A stretch of DNA of 64,000 nt. It comes from Pocillopora damicornis. Its lineage: Eukaryota. The position numbers were made by a program, and so were the translations under genes. The notes beneath the pieces are model-generated. The model worked only from the letters and a program-made list of their open reading frames with translations. It did no database searches and had not been told where the DNA came from. Shown in pieces: positions 53,501 through 64,000 of the stretch (the stretch's first letter is position 1; every line of letters starts with the position of its first letter). The DNA is taken from contig NW_020843717.1 in assembly GCF_003704095.1 (NCBI RefSeq), forward strand, positions 62,001 to 126,000, given 5' to 3'.

Positions 53501-56500
53501 ATGGTAAAAGTTGTTCCAAGAGGATACACAGGTATGTGAAACCGATACCATTCATTCATTTTTAAATCTGGAAGTAACCAAGCTAATAAGACAATATCAT
53601 CAGTTCTTGAGCATGCAACAAAATAGTATAAAATGTGGTCAACCATGTCAGTTGTGATGCAGCTTGATTTACAAATAAACAATCTCTGCACATCAGTTAA
53701 TTGGTTTGTTGTCATTTCCTGAACTGTTCTTTTTCAGCTTGTGCAGATGCTTACCTAACACCCTGTATCAAGAGATACGTAAATGGGTTTCTATCTGGTT
53801 TTAAGAGTGGAATTGAGGTAAAATCAAAATTCCATTTGGGTGGAAGGGTATAATGTATGTTCACTGGGTGTTTTATCCACATCAGATATGAGTTACTGGA
53901 TAGAAATGGACCTGCTTTTCTGACTGTCAGTTTTTAATATATGAAGTTTGTTGTTTATCCCTTTTTCATCTATAGGAAAAAGTCTTGTTCATGCAGTCTA
54001 ATGGTGGACTAACTCCTGTGTCAAAGTAAGACATTAAATAGAATATTATCCTTTTTTATCCTTTGACCCCTAAGAGTAACTAAAATCTTATTTCTCCTTA
54101 TAATATTGCTCCTGAACCACACTTTAAGGTCACGAGAATAGACAAAATGATCACAAACTAAAGAGTTCTCAATTGTTAAACAAATTCTCCTTGCTAGCAC
54201 CTTAAGAAATGCACTGAGACTATAGTATGGAGAATATGCACACTGATGTTAGGGTGTATAGGGTTGATAATGTGTTAAAAAGGGAGCATTTTGTAACAGT
54301 TAGGTACATATACCATGAAATGAAAGTCTTTAAAGTGTTAGGTTTCTAACTGTGTTGTTTTATCTGAATAAAGGTTTTCTGGTTCTCACGCTATTCTCTC
54401 TGGTCCAGCAGGAGGAGTGGTAAGTAACAGTAAATTTAATTTTTCATTAGTATTATGTAGTACTTAATCTCACCTTTGTAATCAATTCACTTAGCAAAGT
54501 TTACAATTAAATGATGTTGTCAGTAGTCATCATCATTATAACGCCTGCCCTTATCATTGTCTTCCCCTTGCTGACATCTTCCTGGTGAAGAACTTCTACT
54601 GTTTTATTGTAGGTTGGGTATGCTATGACAACATACTGTACAGAGACAAGACAACCTGTTGTTGGTTTTGACATGGGTGGTATGTGCAGATACTCAACAG
54701 ATTAGCTGAAAAATCCAATCTTGGGTTACCAATATAACCAGTTAGATCATGGATGAATCACATAAGTCATCTAATAATCCCAATACAATGAAGTGGGTGT
54801 GTTAACCATTCAATAAATTTTCTAATTATATACTTGAGTCTGTAGATTCATACTCTGTTAATATGTAATGTAGGAACTTCAACAGATGTTTCTCGTTATG
54901 CTGGTCTGTATGAGCAAGTGTTTGAGACAACAACTGCAGGAATTACTATTCAGGCCCCTCAGGTACATTGCATTGGTAATTAAATGATTATCATTATGAT
55001 AATTGTCTTTGCCAACTAATCTATATTCAACTTGTCTTTTTAGTTACTTTTTTCTAACTTATTTTTGTGTGAAAAAAGCTGTTCTTTCATTGGCAGCTAG
55101 ATATCAACACTGTTGCAGCAGGAGGTGGATCTCGCTTGTTTTTCAGGGCGGGGCTATTTGTTGTTGGGCCTGAGTCTGCTGGTGCCCATCCAGGCCCTGT
55201 TTGTTATCGAAAAGGTAAAGAAATATTTAAAGTTATTATAATATTATAAATGAGAATTCCATGTGAATTCCAACATTTCCTAGGGGAGGGTTTTAGCAGA
55301 TGTAGGAATCTGTTCTCATAGTTTCACGAATCATTCCATTAAATTTTCAACCATGCGTGGTGATTTATTTTTAAATTTCAATTGACAGGTGGGCTATTGG
55401 CTCTTACTGATGCAAACTTAGTTCTTGGACGTATACTTCCTGAGTGAGTTTGGTCTGATCATGATCACAGTTTGTAACAAATAAATTGTAGATAAAGACT
55501 GAATTGAACCACATCTCTTCCTCTGTAGTGGGAGCTGTGGGACTAAGAAAGGGAAGGCTTTAACCATGAAACCCCTAAGGGTGATTGACAACTTATTTTT
55601 AACTTATTCATGGTGACTAAACACAGTGTTAACTCTTTAACTCCTAGAAGTGATTGACATGTAACTTCTCCCTATTATATCCACACAGAATTTAGCAAAC
55701 AGGTAATGAGAATACTCAAACTTATCAGGTAGAAGTTGTTATCTTGATCTAATACCAAATTCTTGTAACTGATTCAATGGGAAATGTGTAGCAGTAAGAG
55801 ATGAGAATTAACAATCAAATCTTGGGAGTTAAAGGTTAACAATACTTTTCAGGTTCTTCCCTAAGATTTTTGGACAGGATGAGAACCTTCCATTAGACAA
55901 ACAAGGGGCATTGGAGACTTTTCAGAGATTCACCTCGGAGGTTTCTTGTAGCTTGTTTAATCATTGTTGTTATTGAAGTAGGCACATTTATTCATGGTAA
56001 ACCTTTGTTAACAGCCCATTAATCCCTCTCAAAGTTGACCATTGTAAAAATGTTGAATGTATTCTTTCATTAATCTTCAGATAAATGAATTCTTGGCCTC
56101 CCAAGGTGGTGACAGCCAGAATGTTCACCTTAGTGTTGAGGAAGTAGCTATGGGTTTCATTGCTGTTGCTAATGAGACCATGTGCCGACCTATCAGGGGT
56201 TTGACTCAAGGCAGAGGATACAACACTGCTGATCATGTCCTGGCCTGTTTTGGTGGAGCAGGAGGTCAACATGCATGCTCTATAGCTCAGTCATTGGGGA
56301 TGTCAACAGTCTTCATTCATCGGTGATTTTAAAAAATTGATTTAAAAAATTAGTCCTAGAAAGAATTAACACATGAATGTTAGTTTTATATGTTTATGGG
56401 CAAGGCATAGTTTATAGTCTTAGAAATAAACTTTTGCATTGGCAGATTAGCAGGCAAAAACCTAAAATTACTATAATTATATAATAATATTCAAGGTTAC

Positions 56501-59500
56501 AAGCAAGAGACTTTCCCAAACTGATGTTGCTACAAGTTATGAAATATCTTCTGACTAAGTGCAGACTGAGAATGAATTAATGTAACAGTTGTATATCTTG
56601 GTAGCTATTCAGGAATCCTTTCAGCATTTGGATTGGCTTTAGCAGATGTTGTTCATGAAGCTCAAGAGCCATGTTGCTGTGTTTATAACAAAGGTGAGCA
56701 TAATTTTAGATAAATTTTTTAATTTGTAATTACAAATAATCTGAGATTGCCATGATCTTATCTTATTACATTCTGTCTTTGCTCTATAACATCAGGTGAA
56801 CCTACAGACTCTTTACACTTGTATGACTGCCTATCATCATAAAATTTTTGTATGCATTGCCTAATGATAACATTTGTATTTACAGACCTGTTGGAGCTGT
56901 TTTGTTCTAATTATGTTTGTTGTAAAAAATTTTTAAGAATTTGTCAACACTTCTACAGACTGCTTATTTACACCTATCAGTGAACAAAACTTGCATTATT
57001 TTATCTTAAAACATTTGAGCAAAGCTGTTTGATCATTATCGGTCATATAACTAAAAGAAGGTACAATACTTTGCATCCATCCAGACTCATTCCAGTACTT
57101 AGAGGGAAGAATTGATTTCCTCATGCAGCAGTGTGCAGATGCGCTCAAACTGCAAGGGTTTGATGAGTAAGTTTCTTGAGAATTTGTTAGAGTTTAAAAA
57201 ATGTATCAATTAGGAATCGAGGAAAGTATTATAAGGTAGTACATATGACGTAGAGTTGCAAAATATTTTTTTTTCATTTGCCAATAAGCATTATTTCTGC
57301 CAGTCTTTTTTTTACTAAAATACCTTTTTGACCTTTTTAAGCCAGACCCATTTGATCAAGGGTGGAATGGCTAGAAGGATCAGCAGGGATTTTAATGTCA
57401 TAGTGCCCATTTTTCTTAAAAAAAAATTAATTTTAACCACCACTTGTTTAAATGTACTTAATATATTTTTTTCAGTGAACAGATATCTACAGAAATATTT
57501 CTGCACATGAGATACAATGGAACTGATTGTGCATTGATGTGCAATATCTCTCCTCGCCAAACAGAAGAGGTAATTCTGAAGTTTGCATGTTGCTCATTTT
57601 TTAATTTAATTCTAATAGCACATTGTTTTGGAAATTTCAGGTCTTCCTGCTGTTAACAGTTATCTCTGAATAGCTATTTTTAAAAATTTTTTTTTTTTGA
57701 TACTAAATAGTCAGGGACAAGTTCTTGCTTCAACATTGCTGACTTTGGTAAAGTTTTCACAGAGAGGTAATTGCTGATCATTCAATATTGATATAATTTC
57801 TTATACATAAGCATTTACATTTTTTTAATGTTCTAAGTTCTCTGGTCGTTAGATGAAGTTTTAAGAATATTTGAAAGTGAATTACTTGATTGTAATTCAA
57901 GATATGTCTTGAAATTTTGGGGTTCCAGGCAACTCTTAACTGCTAAAGACCCAAGAACCTTCTTTATTGGTGAATGCCCAGTGAGGAGTTCTGAGATCCA
58001 CCTTGTTCTTGACAAAAACTGTCACAATGCTTATGTGCAGGCTCATATTGAAATGAAGGAGAACTAGATACTCCAATAACTGAAAGAAATATTTTTGGGT
58101 ATGAAACACTAAGCACTCACAAACATCTTAAAGATAGGCTGTTATGTGAATTAACTGTTGTAGTAATTAACAGGTATATGCAAGAGTTTGGCTTTACCAT
58201 TCCTAAACGGGACATCATAGTCAATGATGTACGCGTAAGAGGCTGTGGGCATTCCAAAACATCAGTCACTCATCATCTTTCTCATTCAAGTGTTTTGCCA
58301 CCAGTCAAAAAGGTAAGCAGGATGGTGCATCATGCTGTAGTATATACTTTATATTTTTTTCTCTTTTGCCCTCTTTAGACAGTGATTTAACTCTTTAAAC
58401 CCTAACATCAGTGTGCATATTCTCCATACTGTTCATCATATTCTTCTTAAGGTGCTGACAAGGAGAATTTGTTTAACAATCAAGAGATTCTTTAGTTGGT
58501 GATCATTTCCTTTATTCTTGTGACCTTCAAGTGTGATTCAGGGGAGGTATTGCAGGAGATATTAGATTTTTATTTAAACTTGGCACCGTAATTTCCTGTT
58601 TAATTTTGATCCGTGAATTCTAACTCCAAACTGAAAAACTCAGCAGTTTAATCATTGCCTTCTTTATTTTTTTGTATATTGCATTTAACTTGGGAGAGTG
58701 AGAATGAAACGTCCAAAAGTATTTTGTATTTAGGGCAATTGGGTTTTATCAACTGAGTTGACAATATAAAGTGGCCACTGTGAAGAGTTTCAATGCCGAA
58801 TTTTTGTTGAAGCTCTTCATCAGAGCAAACAGTAACTTAAGAAACTATATCCCTTTATTTTGTGTTTAAAATTTGCTTTTCTTGGAAGTGGTACAAAGTT
58901 ACATTTGGATGCTGTCAGGAACAGATATTATTGTTACAGTACAGTGTTGACACTATCTGTTCTAGGTAAGACTATGATCTGATCTGTTATCATTTGAATC
59001 ATTTTGTATCCAGGTAACTAAATGTTTCTTTGAGGGTGGCTACCTTGACACCAAAGTCTATTTCCTCAATGACCTTGCTGAAGGGCATGTCATTAAAGGA
59101 CCATCCATCATCATAGATCAACACAGGTAAAGGCAACTCTGCAATGATAGGTCTGTTTCAATTAGTTTCTTATGGAGGGCTTTCTGCCAAAGGTGTTCCA
59201 TAGCAATTAAAAGAGGATTCTGCACCAAGTGGCTCAAAGAACTTATAAAAAATGACAATATACTGTGACAAAGTAGATTTATGTGAAGGTAGGTCTTCAA
59301 TGTCATTGACAATGTCACCATAACCATGAAAATAGAAATATGTTGTAGTGACAGGGCTGTAAATGGAAATGACTGTAGTAGAAAAATTCAAAGGGATCAG
59401 TGGAAGTGTCAATAACACCAAATCTTTCTGGTTCCTGGTCATCTCTCATTCATAATATACTGTCATTTTACAAGTGAAATGTAACCCTGTTTTACAAAAA

Positions 59501-62500
59501 AAATGATTTTTTTAAGATTTATTCATGATAAATAATGATACAAGTATCCCTGAAATCTATTCATCCGCCAATGCTTAAAGAAAAACAAATAGGATTCAAT
59601 TTTTACATTGTACATTTTTGTGACAATTGTGTTTGCAGTACTATTCTTGTGGAACCACACTGTACAGCTTACATTACAAAGTCTGGAGATATCAGGATTG
59701 AGGTAATAGTTCTTTATCTATCAATTTTTTGTACTTTGAGTACAACTTTCCCATGGATGAATTTGCCCTTGAAAATAATTTTCTTTTATAACTTATTCAG
59801 TTTTTATGCTATTGAAATTAATTGGTTCATGTTTTCTAGATAGGAAAAAACAAAGGTAGAAAACAAGTCACTACAGAGCTGGATGCAATACAAGTAAGTA
59901 AACTGGAAACCCAACAAAGCGTACTGTACTCTCTCTGTTACCAAAAACATTTACTGTAGCTCTGGATTCAAATATTGTTTTAAGTATCCTTATTGACCTT
60001 TCCTTTAACTTTGCAGCTTTCCATCTTTTCCCATCGCTTCATGAGTATAACGGATCAAATGGGAAGGTAAATTCATGTAACTTATCAGATTCTGTATTAT
60101 GAGGGATAATAACAAAAGTGATAATTGCGAGCTGTTATTAATGAATGATATATTTGAACATTTATAGGGTTCTTCAGAGGACTGCAATATCCACAAATAT
60201 CAAGGTAAGAAGTATGACTCTGCAGGGGAGTATTTTGGCATACCATCAGTTGAAGACAAAGACATTCCTATTACATTGCATTGCTTCGACCAAGTGGGAA
60301 AACTTAGCTGTCAATTCCTATTTTTTAATTAGGCAGCTGTAGTTGCCTTCATTCTGTCTGCTATGCCTGAAAAACAGCTGACTGACACTTCTTGATTTCA
60401 AGCTACATTTTAGGAGCAGAATGTCACTCAATCCATTAATCTTTTGGTGACAACTGTAATGTAACTGACAGCTATTATTTTTATGGTCTTTATTATTTTT
60501 TGTATTTGATGCATACCCCATGTAACATATGATATGTTCTTTTCCCAGGAAAGGCTTGACTTTTCTTGTGCTATGTTTAGTCCAGCTGGTGATCTTGTTG
60601 CTAATGGTCCACATGTGCCAATGCATCTTGGATCAATGCAAGAAACTGTAAAATATCAGGTACATTACATAATCAATTATAGTATATTAAGGACTGAGTG
60701 CAGTTCAATTTGGTCTGTAATCATATGAGTGATTAAGAAATTCAGATGACCAGGAAGAAGGAGTCAGAAGTTGTTAATCATGAGTATGATTATGGACAGA
60801 ATTAGAAGACATTTAGTCTTGTTACCAATTATTCAAAACTATGAAAAAATTTGAGAAAGAAACTAGACATTGGTTACAATTTTTCAGAAAAAAAAAAGAA
60901 ACACGCAAAACAACTCGGCAAAATGCACAACAATAGCACATGCAAATAATGCGTACTGTAAAGGCATGACATGTCAGATGTCATATTACACTGTCCAATT
61001 ACAAGCGCGAGAAGTACACTGTCCTGTTAGTGCACAAATCAGGCTGATGACAACCAGTCTTGTTTGAGAATTTTTTTTATAGTTTTGCCTGAAGAAATAA
61101 TTTGCCAGCTACCTTGATTTTCTACCAAATCATAGATCAGAAGTCACCTTAAGACATCTTGTTGCAGATTGATCATTTAGGAGATAGTCTGAATGAAGGT
61201 GATGTAATACTTAGTAACCATCCAAGCGCTGGAGGAACACATCTCCCAGACCTCACAGTCATCACCCCAGTAAGTTTAATCCAGATTTAAGCTGTTGTCC
61301 AACCTTGAACAACCTTGGTTTAAGTTGCTTAATGGTAATTATTGTCTCTATTGTCTCCTACATTGAGTAGGAAATACTGGTACAACTGAAAAAATGTAGA
61401 GTTGAAAGGTAAAAAAATCACTTCATTTTAATTAATGATTAATTTCTATTGAACCCCTTGACTCGAAAGAGTGATGAGCATCCTATTTCTCCTCATAGTA
61501 TCACAGCTGAATCAAATATCAAGGTCATGAGAACAAAGGAGTTGATTACTATCTAAAAGAGCTCTTGATTGTTAAACAAATTCTTCTTGTGTACATCATA
61601 GCTAATGTATAGAGAACAGTATGGATAATATGTATGCTAGTGTTAGGGTGTAAAGGGCTAATTTCTATTTAATACCTTGCAGACATAGTGAGGATGTATT
61701 TGATATGCTCGAGTTTTTTTTAAACTTATTTTAGATTTTTTATCCTGGCCAAAGTAAGCCAGTCTTTTTTGTCGCAAGTCGAGGTCATCATGCAGATGTT
61801 GGAGGAATAGCCCCTGGTAATTCATCTTTTTCTAAATTGAGAGAAGCAGTTATTTACCTTATAGAGAATAATTCACTTATCATACTCAAGACTGCACTTC
61901 ATAAATTTATCACTCAAAATCTTAATTAAAGTTCCTGTTCAAAGTTAAGAGATGCTCTTTATACTGTCACTGCATAGAAGTTTATTTATTTTGTTTACAT
62001 CCTTGATTTTCATTCAGAGGAAAAAGTTAGGTTAAGGTGACCAGTCATGTTACCTTTGGTTTGGGGATATTGAGCTGTCATCTGAATAGGTTCATGATGC
62101 ACACTCTGTTAATTGGTGATATGAAAATTGGTACAAGTGAATCAAAGCATTCAGCTTTTACCTTACTTTTACATTCAGCAGTTACATTACTAACACTAAT
62201 GATTGCTATGCTTGCAGTAAAATGTCCATTAAACTATAATTGTTAAAAGCTAAATTGAAATTTTACTCTCTGGTAGGTTCAATGCCCCCCCATTCCCATT
62301 CAGTCTTTGATGAGGGAGCTGTATTTATGTCATTTAAATTGGTGGAGAAAGGAATCTTTCAAGAAGAAGGTAATCATCTCATCTATGAGTGTCTTGAAGC
62401 AGCAATCCCATTGTTTTCTTGGAATTCCCTGTCCACAATTTATTTGATCATGACATGTAGTTTTTGTGATTGACTAGCTCTAAAGGTAAAGCTGTTGGAG

Positions 62501-63988
62501 CCTGCTAACTACGCAGGTTGTAGTGGAAGTCGTAATTTGCAGGACAACATTTCAGACTTAAAGGCACAGGTGGCTGCAAATCACAAGGTAAGGGGAATTT
62601 GCCTCTCTTTTGATCCACTGAGCACCTAGGTTTCCCTATCATGATACAACTTATTACTTCTTTGTCTGTACCCCTTTACTTCCCATGAGTGACAAAACTA
62701 AGACAGAATTTCTTCCTGCAACATCAAGCAGACAAGTGATGAGAAGAGAGAAAAATGTAAATTAGGGGATTGCTAGAAGATCCAATAACAAATTCTTCAA
62801 ACTAGCATTACAGGAATTGTTTGGCAGACAGTGAGGAGAATTACTTTTAAGATCTGGGAGTGAAATGGATAAACAGAGTGTGCAACAGTCTCATTTGGTG
62901 TCTCATGGGTTTCACGTCTGTGGTAGTAGGACCATTGAATGAAAATTTCACATCTTTTTACTGTAGGGAATCAACCTCATAAATGCACTTATAGATGAGT
63001 ATAGTCTTCCTGTTGTGCAAGCCTACATGGGTTACATTCAGGTATGGTAACATTTTATTGTTACTCTGAAAAGTGATTACATTTAGTTATGGCATCACTA
63101 TAAAACCTCAAGTATACTCCAGTTTTGACTGCTTTGATCTCAGTTTTAAGAACTTCACTGGAAACATGCTTCAATAAAATAAGTATAAATGAAATATATC
63201 AATTCTTTTGTTCATGAAGTTCAGTTGAACTTTTTTTTGTGGAAGTTCATCATAATTATACTCAAAGTTTGTCAAGAGTATGTTGAATTTCTGTAAGAGT
63301 ACTAACAAATTTTATCAATCTTTCTTTTTAGCAAAATGCTGAGTTGGCTGTTAGAGAAATGCTCACAGAAATTGGTCTGAAAACAAAAGTAAGGATGAAA
63401 TGAGTGCTATGTTATTCTTAATTAATAATTAAAAATAATGTTATTCTTAAAATTTAACTGTGTTCTAAGCAAATGCTATGTTTTGTCAAATTTGTATATG
63501 TCAATAAAAGTAGTCTAACAGTAACTGCTTCCTGTAATAGGAAAGAACAGGAAAGTCAGTACTGCATGCATTGGAACATATGGATGATGGGACTCCAATT
63601 AATCTTACAATTTCTATTGATGAAAACAAGGTACCTACAGTTCATTTTGAATGGCTTTTTTTTTTTTTTTTTACTTTTTTGTTGCTTCTTGTTTTATTTT
63701 TGCTAAGGATAGGATTGGTGCAGAACAAAAGACTCTCTGCATCGATTCTATCTTCTCTTACCTGCTGGATTATAGCAAAAATTATTTAATAAACTCATTT
63801 AAAGGCGATTGTACCTAAAAGAAGACATCAATAATTTTTGTATCTGGTTACAGGGGTCAGCAGTATTTAATTTTGCTGGAACAGGCCAGGAGTCATATGG
63901 AAACTGTAATGCTCCACGGGCCATTTCTCTTTCTGCTATTATCTATTGTTTACGAAGCATGGTTAAGCATGATATTCCTCTTAATCAG
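50529..63988 (+). CDS. OPLAH: 5-oxoprolinase (ATP-hydrolysing; hydantoinase A+B fusion), ~34 exons in the window, 3' end beyond the window
   Basis: [136 protein letters not shown] and MDDGTPI. Confidence 0.96.
54055..54266. mobile_element. TTAA MITE subfamily A copy
   Basis: CCTTTGACCCCTAAGAGT...GATGTTAGGGTGTATAGGGTT. Confidence 0.65.
55629..55839. mobile_element. TTAA MITE (subfamily B-related) copy
   Basis: TTAACTCTTTAACTCCTA...TGGGAGTTAAAGGTTAA. Confidence 0.7.
58387..58568. mobile_element. TTAA MITE subfamily A copy (truncated)
   Basis: TTAACTCTTTAAACCCTAACATCAGTGTGCATATTCTCCATACTG..., same orientation as 25078. Confidence 0.7.
61449..61661. mobile_element. TTAA MITE subfamily A copy
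   Basis: AACCCCTTGACTC...GTGTTAGGGTGTAAAGGGCTAA. Confidence 0.65.
62668..62872. mobile_element. TTAA MITE subfamily B copy
   Basis: ACCCCTTTACTTCCCATGAGTGAC...AGACAGAATTTCT...GGGAGTGAAATGGATAA. Confidence 0.6.
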
Positions 63989-64000
63989 GTACAAGAACAA

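Overview
AT-rich, intron-dense animal genomic DNA. The repeat families and gene set suggest an anthozoan cnidarian such as a stony coral (inference). Nine protein-coding genes could be reconstructed by hand from GT-AG exons: the 5' part of a type II membrane collagen-like gene (-), SS18/SYT (+), LSM14 (-) head-to-head with INTS8 (+), two tandem SNX20/21-like PX-domain paralogs (-), a TP53INP/DOR-like autophagy gene (+), and a BtpA/SgcQ-family gene (-) head-to-head with 5-oxoprolinase OPLAH (+, runs off the window). The most notable non-routine items are five. (1) A U12-type (minor spliceosome) GT-AG intron in INTS8. (2) A 903-bp Mutator/foldback-like palindromic element with a perfect 9-bp TSD just upstream of one SNX paralog. 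(3) An orphan copy of OPLAH exon 4, with splice sites, between ~64-bp direct repeats in the BtpA/OPLAH promoter interval. (4) Penelope-like hairpins with degenerate hammerhead-ribozyme cores, one nested in another with a 15-bp TSD. (5) About 12 copies of TTAA-flanked piggyBac-like MITEs. No prokaryote-style system (CRISPR etc.) is present. All calls are by eye, without database searches.
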